DNA of 64,000 nucleotides from Macrostomum lignano (Eukaryota): NCBI GenBank assembly GCA_002269645.1, contig NIVC01000633.1, positions 248,001 to 312,000 of the forward strand, read 5' to 3'. Shown piece by piece: positions 11,044 to 20,135 of this stretch (position 1 is its first letter; each line of letters starts with the position of its first letter). The notes under the pieces were generated by a model. It saw only the letters and a program-made list of their open reading frames with translations, ran no database searches and was not told where the DNA came from. The position numbers and the translations under genes were made by a program.

Positions 11044-11429
11044 CGTCGTTGTCCTAGCAGACCACCAAACAGTCCAGTGATTAACGGTGCAGCAATCTTG
11101 GCGAGAATTGGTAGGAATCCTCCAACTTGAGGGTCCGATAGTATCATATTCTTCTTCCTATTTATAGACAGTTTTTTGTCGGCCATGTCATGCAGGGCTT
11201 CTCTATAACGTTTCAACCTTGCAAACTGTCTAGGGGATAGATCGATATTGCCCTTGAGTACATTGTGGCTTAACTCGCACAGACACTGCATCAACTCATT
11301 ATCGGCTCCCCTAATAATGGCCCTCCTTCGATGTGGTCGCGCGTCACCGAGCTCCTCTAGCTCGCGACGGCAAGAACAAAGACGAGAAATTCCGTTTGTC
11401 ATTATTAAGGTGGTAAGCATTGCGTGCAT
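11040..11429 (-). CDS. Conserved small Polinton protein with C-terminal QxGGF motif and amphipathic tail
   Basis: II..AD.ELMQCLCELSHNVLKGNI.L...Q..RLKRYR..L...A...K.K....QVGGFLPILAKIAAPLITGLF. Confidence 0.8.
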   Translation of the reverse strand: MHAMLTTLIMTNGISRLCSCRRELEELGDARPHRRRAIIRGADNELMQCLCELSHNVLKGNIDLSPRQFARLKRYREALHDMADKKLSINRKKNMILSDPQVGGFLPILAKIAAPLITGLFGGLLGQRR

Positions 11430-11467
11430 ACATGTGCATATTTTGTTTATTTATAAGCAAAGCATAA

Positions 11468-11986
11468 TTAGAGTTGCAGAATAGCAGTCACGTGGTCGTA
11501 CATTTTACACAGTTCGTCATAGTTTCGTATTCCTAGGAACACTAACCGACCATTCTTTCCGCACAGCAGGCACTTGGCCTTGCGGAATGGGGACTTTATT
11601 ACAAGCCCATTGAATACCTCACTCTCCCACTCAACCCAGCGCGAGCTCGAGTTGGCAAGGCGGAAAAAGTTTGGCTTAACATTAACTTCTGCACGATAAG
11701 TACCGGTAGTGATAACAACAGAGTTTGGTTTACATTGAGCAAAAAGACGCAGCACATCGTTGGTTGATTGGCAACCAAAAACAATGGCAGATAATGAACG
11801 TTTGAAAAAGTTTATTGTACACTTTCCGATCCTCAGGTTGTACAATGCCCGGGGTCTATGAAACGTTCTAGCGCGCGCCCAGTCCAAGTTCGGTAGGTGG
11901 TTCCACCTTGCGCAAAACACCCTGTTTACGCACACGACGTTCTGCAAGCGGTTTTTTCGGTTGCTTTTGTTTCCGCTCAGCTCCAC
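11468..11986 (-). CDS. Divergent TATA-binding-protein (TBP)-like ORF; no ATG in frame
   Basis: Manual alignment to the two TBP core repeats: LQNVV~LQNIV; LRI..CTINFF..SAIVFGCQS~MRI..TTALIFSSGKMVCTGAKS; EWESEVFNGLVIK~SYEPELFPGLIYR; CLLCGKNGRLVFLGIRNYDELCKMYDHVTAIL~[31 protein letters not shown]. Confidence 0.72.
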   Translation of the reverse strand: MELSGNKSNRKNRLQNVVCVNRVFCARWNHLPNLDWARARTFHRPRALYNLRIGKCTINFFKRSLSAIVFGCQSTNDVLRLFAQCKPNSVVITTGTYRAEVNVKPNFFRLANSSSRWVEWESEVFNGLVIKSPFRKAKCLLCGKNGRLVFLGIRNYDELCKMYDHVTAILQL

Positions 11987-12548
11987 CAGCTCCGCGCTTG
12001 CGTCCTACCTTGATTTTTAACGGTGGAATCCAGTAGCAGCGGTCAAACGCCTGCTTGGGAGCTTCTATGAATTGCAGTTGTTGAATTTTCGGCACCGCGG
12101 TTAGAACCGAGTCGTGAATCACCGCCGTGTCTAGGGCGAACAGTACTCTATAGTAGCCCGTCTTGTTCTTGTAGTCGGTGCACAACTTGCCGCTCTTGTC
12201 GTACATTTTAAAGTCGTGAGCCAATCCGAATGCAGCGCTGTCGCAGCCAAAAGTGGGGTTGTACCCCAATAGCGCCATTCCTTGGATAGAGAGCTGGTGA
12301 CACACGGAATTGAACGCTTCTGGTATGCAGCTCTCCAAGTGCTTTTGGGAAAGAATGATGAATTCGCGGCCTTCATTGTCGGTTCTCACACCCTTGACAA
12401 TCAGTACGGGCGTCGCATTGGCAAGATAGAGAGGGCCCTGTTCGTCGTACTCAATGTCGTACGTCTCGGTTCCGTTGTAGCTTGGACCTCTCGACTTGAG
12501 AGAGAATAGGTCGATCCTAACACTATTGTAGTCTTGAACGGTATCCAT
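11868..12548 (-). CDS. 226-aa viral protein of unknown function with basic C-terminal linker; overlaps the TBP-like ORF
   Basis: Long ORF with ATG and an upstream TATATAA (12603-12597). The beta-rich appearance is only suggestive of an ssDNA-binding fold. Confidence 0.6.
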   Translation of the reverse strand: MDTVQDYNSVRIDLFSLKSRGPSYNGTETYDIEYDEQGPLYLANATPVLIVKGVRTDNEGREFIILSQKHLESCIPEAFNSVCHQLSIQGMALLGYNPTFGCDSAAFGLAHDFKMYDKSGKLCTDYKNKTGYYRVLFALDTAVIHDSVLTAVPKIQQLQFIEAPKQAFDRCYWIPPLKIKVGRKRGAGGAERKQKQPKKPLAERRVRKQGVLRKVEPPTELGLGAR

Positions 12549-12640
12549 GTTGCTGCTGTTGTTGCTGAGAGTGGGTCTCGCACCCTGAGCGCCTCCTTAT
12601 ATACCCTTGTGGCGGAGGGTGGGGTGGCTGGGCGTTTTTG

Positions 12641-13155
12641 TTATAGTCCTTCTTTAACGACACTTTCCGGTGTTGGAAATCCGGAAAAAATAAACCTTTT
12701 GTTTCGATCTTCTGGTCGAGGGGTTTGAGGCGTGTCGTTAATGCAGCTGCAGTGAGGGTTGATAGTCAACTTCGCTAGCACTGGTCTACTGTGTTTAGGT
12801 CGCCAAATCCTTTGGTGTTCCGTCCACGAGGGAGCAATCGGCTGGTGATTCCGGTACCGTATTTTCTCACGATGATCCTCTTGTAATATTGGGGCAATTA
12901 TCTGCTCCATTCTTTGAAGATTGCTTTGAAATGCATCTTGTCTCTAAAGTAGTAGTCAATTCGGGCATCTGTATATTCTTGGGTGCTGTAAGGCCCTTGC
13001 CCAATTTCGTCTACCTCGACATTAAAGGTGACTAATCGTTCGGGAATTGGTTTGCCGTGACAAATGCATAACCAGTCTGTGGACTTTTTCAGGGTCTCGT
13101 ACTCTGCCCTTTCTTTGCTCGATAAAAGCGGGTAGTCTCGAGAAATCCAGCTCAT
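12641..13155 (-). CDS. Two short viral ORFs of unknown function (13155-12898 and 12910-12641)
   Basis: Same-strand, tightly overlapping ATG ORFs inside the element. No family recognised. Confidence 0.45.
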
Positions 13156-13529
13156 TCCTCTGACTCGTCAGATTCGTCGAGAAAGAAATAGTGGAAGAAA
13201 TTGTCGACTCTATTCTTTTCAACTGCACAAAGTATTTTGTCTGACAGGTGAAATTCGCAGTCTCCTTTTACGTACAGGCGCTTCCCGTCGATAACTTTGA
13301 TAGATGCGCCGCCTCCGAGATCGTAATCTGTGCAGCTAGTGCCCAGAAATTTCATTCGATGCCATTGTGCTCGACTAAACACGGCTCCTGGGCAGCTACA
13401 GTTTTGACAGTGGATGCGGAAACGCGGTTTGTTTGGGTCCCAATATCCCACTTCCAACACTGCGTTGTCAACGTGGGTGTACACTATTTCCGATTGCCAG
13501 TGCATTTCGATATTGTTGAGAAATACCAA
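13152..13529 (-). CDS. Small protein, possibly PC4/Whirly-like (likely ATG at 13505)
   Basis: GAVFSRAQWHRMK resembles PC4 KGISLNPEQWSQLK, preceded by beta-strand-like segments, with an acidic tail. The similarity is weak. Confidence 0.4.
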   Translation of the reverse strand: MVFLNNIEMHWQSEIVYTHVDNAVLEVGYWDPNKPRFRIHCQNCSCPGAVFSRAQWHRMKFLGTSCTDYDLGGGASIKVIDGKRLYVKGDCEFHLSDKILCAVEKNRVDNFFHYFFLDESDESEE

Positions 13530-13539
13530 TTTTATTTAT

Positions 13540-14318
13540 TTATAGGCAGCCGTCTGAACAGATTTCCAACCATTCCCTCCACTGTAGAACGGTTCTCTCA
13601 ATTGATAAAAGTAAATACGCCGCTAGGAGCCCCGGTTGCTGCTGCGCGCTTCGTAAAGACAGTTGAGATATGTGTCTCTATTTGCATACGCAAATGATAC
13701 GGGTTCTGGCAGAATCCGGTTGAGCAACTTTGATAATAACAACCTAGCAGTTCTACCATTGCCGTCGCTAAAGGGGTGTATGGTGAGAAACTTTTCTAGG
13801 AAATATGCTCCTGTCACTACTGCATCACGCAAGATTTGTGGCTCTTTTATGTCTCTAGTTAATTTTACCAGCTGCCGTTCAATATTTTCTGGGGCACTGT
13901 AATACACACTCGCGCCTGCTGGCTTGGCGTGCTTAATTCTATACGATCCCGCATTCGGGAGCAGTCCTCTGCACACGCGTGTGTGAACTTGTCTAACAAA
14001 CTCTGTGTCAATTAACCCCCTCGTGTCATTGAGGTGTATTGCCGCACTCCATAGATTGGCTGTGACCATACAGGACCGGGTTTTTATCGCTTCTTCTGCT
14101 TCCTCCCAAGTCAACGCCACCTCTCTCTCCTCAATGTTTACTTCAGTTACGAATGCCAGCCGGGCTAGATGTGTGAATTCTAAGCGCTCCTTTGCGGTCA
14201 ATCCCTCGATTCTTTTCCTAGTGTCTGATAACAATCTTTCAATGAGGGGTAATCTGGCGCGCACGCTCTCGTTGCTGAAATAGGGGTTATCAGTTATACC
14301 CTCCTCCATGTTCTCCAT
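13540..14318 (-). CDS. Fic-domain AMP-transferase; a frameshift at ~13626 hides the last ~28 aa
   Basis: Canonical HPFSDGNGRTAR motif, plus VHTRV...AGSYR and an N-terminal EVNIEE. Adding one C gives ...NRGSLAAYLLLSIERTVLQWREWLEICSDGCL* with the stop at 13542-13540. Confidence 0.93.
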
Positions 14319-14383
14319 ACAGAGGGTTTGTACACTGCTTCTATTTATGGTTGAAATGACACGTTGCTCGCGGCCTGTCTGTC

Positions 14384-15051
14384 CCTCTGCAGCCTGGGGA
14401 GCTCTCTATCACTCACCGCCGGTCTGTCCCACGCCTCCAGACTGGGCCGCTCTCTCCGCGGGGGGTGTGATTCATACTGCCTCTCTGTCCACGCCGCGTG
14501 CTGCGACATGCCAGGGCAGCGCAGGGTGCGAGACCCACTCTCTGTCCCAGCACCCCGTGTCTCTTTGTACCCCACCTCATACTGCTACAGGGGGCCGCCT
14601 GTTATCTGTCCCTTGCTACAGGGGGATGGCGGCTCTCCACGCACTACCCCTCCTGCTACAGGGGCTGCTCTCTGTCCCCAGCTACAGGGCTGCTCTCTGT
14701 CCCCCGCATGGGGGGCCGGTTGCTCAGTGTACAGGGCTGCGTCAGCATCGGGGGTTTCCTTCCTACACTAACCGCGTGCACACGACATTGGTGGGAGGGG
14801 CGGGAATCCCCCGCCGGATGTACACCCCGAGGGAGGCCCATGCGCTGAAGGTACACTCGCTGGACGCCCACCCTGCCGGATGTACACTCGCAGGAGGCCC
14901 ACCCCGCTGGAGGTACACTCGCTGGACGCCCACCCCGCTGGAGGTACACCCCGGGTGTACACCCCGAGGGAGCACCTTGCCGCGGTGCTAGAGGCCGACA
15001 TCAGCCCGACGGACCTTCGCAAAATCAACGGATCTACCGGCCTATAGTAGT
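14384..15051. repeat. Right terminal inverted repeat (~668 bp)
   Basis: Imperfect inverted copy of 4528-5183. Confidence 0.93.
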
Positions 15052-16539
15052 GTCGGGCCGGTCGGTCTCATTAATTTCTCTGCAGGTTAGGAATGAGAGA
15101 ACTGGAAATCTTTGAAGCTTTACAGCTTCGGTTTCAGTGCTTACAAGCTGTTAATACTTGCATTTACATGTAGGCCCAGTGTGAACAAGGATGAAGCTAG
15201 AGGACAATCAGTTTATGCAGGGCGGTAATAACTTCTTCTAGGGGTCGAACTGCACAAATGTAGAGCATTTGAGATCTTGCCAATGCGAGTACACTACGAG
15301 ATTTACACAATTTGCTGCGAACCAAACTCAGGTATTACAAATTTCTAAGATCCCAATTATGTTCAGAATGGCAGCACACACATCAGATTAAGTAAGGCAT
15401 GACTTTGTCACCTGTTTCTCTGCGCTTCTCCCTGAACTCTAAATGCAATTTTTCAAATCATAAATAAACAACATACATCTGAATCTGTTACACACACACT
15501 TGTAGCGATTGGAGTTGATCTTATAGTACAGGATGTCCTTAACGCTCCAGTTCATGAGACGGCGCAGCAGAACCAGCGACTCGTCGAAGTGCTCAACCAC
15601 GAAAATCAGGTCGATCTCTTGGAAAACTCGCTTGATAAACTCATGAACGTTGGAGCCTTCGACGTATCCCAAGTCAGTCGCCATGGAGTTCTTGGTCATG
15701 CTGCGGTTGCCGATGTTACAATTTTCATTGACAAATGGCCGGTAATGTTTCGACCTGAACACATGGTCATAGTGACTGATGTTCTTGAGGAATCTCTCGA
15801 ATGCTCCAGCGGCTTTGCCGACTCCTGCAATAGAGTTTAAACTGTAGTACTGTTTACCTCAGATGACACCCATTATTGTGCTCAAGCTTGCTCACCAGCC
15901 CAGGAAGAAAATTTGAAGAAATGAAACACAGACTGCAGGTATTGAAACGGCCGCCTGACCCCAGCCAGCAGCGCCATGTCGGGTGGCATCAGCTGTGTGA
16001 AGAAGGTCCTGTTGTGGATCACGTGGCCACTGAACACATTCGGACGCGTTGCGTTCTTTGATAGAGTCACGTATCTCAGCTGCGGTGCCCAAAGCCAGCC
16101 GTAGTAGTGCTTGCCAGGCAGCGGCAGAGCGAGTGTGAGGTTGTGGGCCAACGCAAACCTGATGAGGACGGCGTGCATGGTGGAGCTGGCAGCTTTGTGC
16201 ACCTTGATGTGTGCGATGTTAACACGAAAAGCCGAGTTATCCCTGATGGTCCGCTGACTGCGCCAGTGCATCCTGCCCAAGTGCGCACCTATGCCGAGCA
16301 CGAGCAGCACACACAGAGCGAGAAAAAGCCGGAAGAACCGTTGTGGGTAGAAGTGCTTCATTTTCTGAAATGATTTACGGTTGGTTGCTAAGCGTACACA
16401 ACTTGGCCGCCCAAGCGACCCCCAGGCCGCTACTAAAGGGCTCTGCGAGACTCCAGAACCCGCGGCAGGTTCGCCTATGCCTTCGCCGCCGCACTGGCAG
16501 AGTCCGCGAGCACTAGCAACTATTCCGAAATAAGGACCG

Positions 16540-17373
16540 GCCTGCCCAACACGGATGACGGCTTCCTGCTGAGAACACGCAGAGTCGGCGGCACTACGGC
16601 TCTCCGTTCTCGGCTACGCGGACGACCTCGCGCTGCTGTCATCGTCGGCTGAAGGCGCTCAGCGGCTGCTGGATGGCCTGACCGCAGCAGCATCGCGAGT
16701 CGGCCTCATGCTGAACGCGCGGAAGACGGTGGTGTTCACGGTGCCCTCCGACCTGCCTGCCGAGATCAACTACCGAGATGCTGCCGGGGAGGCAATCAGG
16801 CTTACCCGTTGCCAAAGGTTCCTGTACCTCGGCGGCCTCGTGCCGGACGTTGCCGACGACCTGGTGAGACGACAAGGACTGCGTTTCGTTCATTCTGAGG
16901 CCCTGTACGACGGGCTCAAGGCTCGGCTGTTTCAGGCAGTCGTTGAGACTGTCTTGTTGTACAACGCCGAGACCTGGACCCTGACGGACGCTTTGGAGAT
17001 GCTGCTGGACGCGGAGTGCGGAGTGCGCAGCGGTCCAGGCAGCGAGGCCAACGCCGCGCTCTACACGAGGGCACGCCTGATGCGGCCTTCTGACCTGCTG
17101 CGCGGGCGGCGACTTCGACTGACTGGCCACGTCATCCGGTCGGAGGCTCGCTGCCCTGGGCCGCTGTGCGATGTGCTGCTGCTCAAAGCTGCATTTACCG
17201 CGCAGGCGAGGCCAAGGGCGAGCGGCGAGATACTTTGACAGGCTTTTGACCGATGCTGGCGCCCCGGACCAAGCTGGGGGGGGGTGTGACTTTCTGAGAG
17301 CTATGGCCCAGAGACGCGCCCTCTGACTTCTCCCCCCCTTTCTAGCGACTGCGTGGCTGGCGGGTGAAGCACT

Positions 17374-17416
<43 letters not shown>
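16540..17416 (+). mobile_element. 5'-truncated, degenerate non-LTR retrotransposon (RTE-like RT C-terminus) with a (TTG)n tail
   Basis: LGYADDLALLS...GLMLNARKT...FLYLG...LFQAVVETVLLYNAETWTL...RRLRLTGHVIR, with (GTT)n at ~17365-17416. Confidence 0.8.
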
Positions 17417-18084
17417 ACAAAACTTGCATTGGTAAAGTGTCAGCGTCAATCTTCCTGTTGGACTAAAGAGGTGCGGAGTCCAGCCCTCCCGCACAGTCGC
17501 CAAATCAGTGCCAATTTGTTCAACTGAACTCAAGATTCATGGTCATGTAGTTGGCTGTCATACTTCTCCTCGCCTGTCTGCATTTTTGCTCATAAGTACG
17601 CATTTTCTTGCGGAAGTTACGTCACTTCCTGTTCACTGTCCAGCTGTGAGTAATAAATCTCAGCTGACCCTCGACTAGCATTTGCCTATTTGACCGCGGG
17701 GTTAAGTTGACTGACAAGAAGTCTCACTTTTGTACCAATGAAAGATTAAGGAAGGCAGACAAGATTGAATCGGACAGTGAACATCGATCCTTGAAACTGC
17801 AAGTCGGAAGACAAGAAAGGGCCACATTGAAGAAGTTGTAGCAGCCAAATGAAAAGTGATTGATAAATCATGCCAGTCCCCATGCAGTCGCTGCGAATTA
17901 GGGAGATCAGTTTGCCAGACCATGTCAGTACAATAAGAATAATTTGACTGCTAGCTGCGCTTTTATGTTGTACTAACAATCGTCATTTCCCCGAACATTC
18001 GATTATTTCTAATCTATCATCGATTTTTTTTTCTCCAGAAATTTCTATTTTACTCTCATCGCATAGTTTTTTTGCCATTCTCAA

Positions 18085-19415
18085 TCTAGATTAATGTACA
18101 TGTGAAATGATTGACATTCTCAATGTAGATTAATGTACATGTGAAATGATGGACATCCTCAATCTAGATTAATGTACATGTGAAATGACATTCTCAATCT
18201 AGATTAATGTACATGTGAAATGATTGACATTCTAAATCTAGATTAATGTACATGTGAAATGATTGACATTCTCAATCTAGATTAATGTACATGTGAAATG
18301 ATTGACATTCTCAATCTAGATTAATGTACATGTGAAATGATTGACATTCTCAATCTAGATTAATGTACATGTGAAATGATTGACATTCTCAATCTAGATT
18401 AATGTACATGTGAAATGATCGACATTCTTAATCTAGATTAATGTACATGTGAAATGACATCCTCAATCTAGATTAATGTACATGTGAAATGACATCCTCA
18501 ATCTAGATTAATGTACATGTGAAATGACATCCTCAATCTAGATTAATGTACATGTGAAATGATTGACATTCTCAATCTAGATTAATGTACATGTGAAATG
18601 ATTGACATTCTCAATCTAGATTAATGTACATGTGAAATGATTGACATTCTCAATCTAGATTAATGTACATGTGAAATGATTGACATTCTCAATCTAGATT
18701 AATGTACATGTGAAATGATCGACATTCTCAATCTAGATTAATGTACATGTGAAATGATCGACATTCTCAATCTAGATTAATGTACATGTGAAATTATTGA
18801 CATTCTCAATCTAGATTAATGTACATGTGAAATTATTGACATTCTCAATCTAGATTAATGTACATGTGAAATGATCGACATTCTCAATCTAGATTAATGT
18901 ACATGTGAAATGATCGACATTCTCAATCTAGATTAATGTACATGTGAAATGATCGACATTCTCAATCTAGATTAATGTACATGTGAAATGACATTCTCAA
19001 TCTAGATTAATGTACATGTGAAATGACATTCTCAATCTAGATTAATGTACATGTGAAATGATCGACATTCTCAATCTAGATTAATGTACATGTGAAATGA
19101 CATTCTCAATCTAGATTAATGTACATGTGAAATGACATTCTCAATCTAGATTAATGTACATGTGAAATGATCGACATTCTCAATCTAGATTAATGTACAT
19201 GTGAAATGACATCCTCAATCTAGATTAATGTACATGTGAAATGATTGACATTCTCAATGTAGATTAATGTACATGTGAAATGATCGACATTCTTAATCTA
19301 GATTAATGTACATGTGAAATGACATCCTCAATCTAGATTAATGTACATGTGAAATGATTGACATTCTCAATGTAGATTAATGTACATGTGAAATGATTGA
19401 CATTCTCAATCTAGA
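18085..19415. repeat. 37-41-bp AT-rich minisatellite (ATTCTCAATCTAGATTAATGTACATGTGAAATGATTGAC)
   Basis: More than 30 tandem copies. Confidence 0.95.
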
Positions 19416-20135
19416 ATGTGCTTAGGCAAGCCTGGGAATGTGCTTAGGCAAGCCTGGGAATGTGCTTAGGCAAGCCTGGGAATGTGCTTAGGCAAGCCTG
19501 GGACATCAAGGCTATTCAGCAGCTCCGGTGGAAAATGAGTGGCTTAGGCAAGCCTGGGAATGTGCTTAGGCAAGCCTGGGAATGTGCTTAGGCAAGCCTT
19601 GGACATCAAGGCTGTTCAGCAGCTCCGGTGGAAAATGAGTGGCTTAGGCAAGCCTGGGAATGTGCTTAGGCAAGCCTGGGAATGTGCTTAGGCAAGCCTG
19701 GGAATGTGCTTAGGCAAGCCTGGGAATGTGCTTAGGCAAGCCTGGGAATGTGCTTAGGCAAGCCTGGGAATGTGCTTAGGCAAGCCTGGGAATGTGCTTA
19801 GGCAAGCCTGGGAATGTGCTTAGGCAAGCCTGGGAATGTGCTTAGGCAAGCCTGGGACATCAAGGCTATTCAGCAGCTCCGGTGGAAAATGAGTGGCTTA
19901 GGCAAGCCTGGGAATGTGCTTAGGCAAGCCTGGGAATGTGCTTAGGCAAGCCTTGGACATCAAGGCTGTTCAGCAGCTCCGGTGGAAAATGAGTGGCTTA
20001 GGCAAGCCTGGGAATGTGCTTAGGCAAGCCTGGGAATGTGCTTAGGCAAGCCTGGGAATGTGCTTAGGCAAGCCTGGGAATGTGCTTAGGCAAGCCTGGG
20101 ACATCAAGGCTGTTCAGCAGCTCCGGTGGAAAATG
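19415..20135. repeat. Higher-order array: 22-bp unit GGAATGTGCTTAGGCAAGCCTG interrupted by copies of a ~42-bp unit
   Basis: Directly visible. The interrupting unit also continues into unique sequence at ~20100. Confidence 0.9.

Larger units (their letters stand above)
7696..13544 (-). promoter_or_regulatory. Recurrent TATAAATA boxes upstream of viral genes (7703-7696, 8068-8061, 9233-9226, 10421-10414, 11455-11448, 13544-13537; variants TATATAA 12603-12597 and CATAAATA ~14349-14342)
   Basis: Exact motif read on the minus strand, each ~20-50 bp before the next ATG. The promoter function is inferred. Confidence 0.65.
4528..15051 (-). mobile_element. Polinton/Maverick-like endogenous dsDNA virus, 10,524 bp, with no visible pPolB
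   Basis: Ends are ACTACTATA...TATAGTAGT. GTCGGG is duplicated at 4522-4527 and 15052-15057. It has long TIRs and ATPase, protease, capsid and rve-integrase ORFs of Polinton type. Confidence 0.95.
4156..16361 (-). pseudogene. GAL3ST: Galactose-3-O-sulfotransferase family gene disrupted by the Polinton-like insertion (exons 16361-15896, ~15857-15500, 15079-15052 | element | 4521-4156)
   Basis: Type II membrane N-terminus plus KVHKAASST (the PAPS-binding KTHKTASST motif); MATDLG...EHFDESLVLLRRLMNW...DILY; and, after removing the element and one TSD copy, KEINETDRPDLVELHRRWSPVDFQLY...FLAELKEFR...C, all in frame. The exon 1/2 junction implies a 38-nt intron, which is less certain. Confidence 0.88.

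Noticed and set aside
11868-13529. Cryptic pPolB or helicase remnant in the unknown-ORF block
   Set aside because: I saw no exonuclease or polymerase motifs (DxxSLYP, KxxxNSxYG, YxDTDS) and no Walker motifs, and the block is far too short. An HMM search is still needed to be certain.
13623-14318. Fic gene as bacterial contamination or chimeric contig
   Set aside because: It lies inside the TIR/TSD-bounded element, whose two flanks rejoin into one spliced eukaryotic exon.
19415-20135. CRISPR-like repeat/spacer pattern
   Set aside because: The apparent spacers are copies of one another, the repeats are mostly head-to-tail, there are no cas genes, and the context is eukaryotic.
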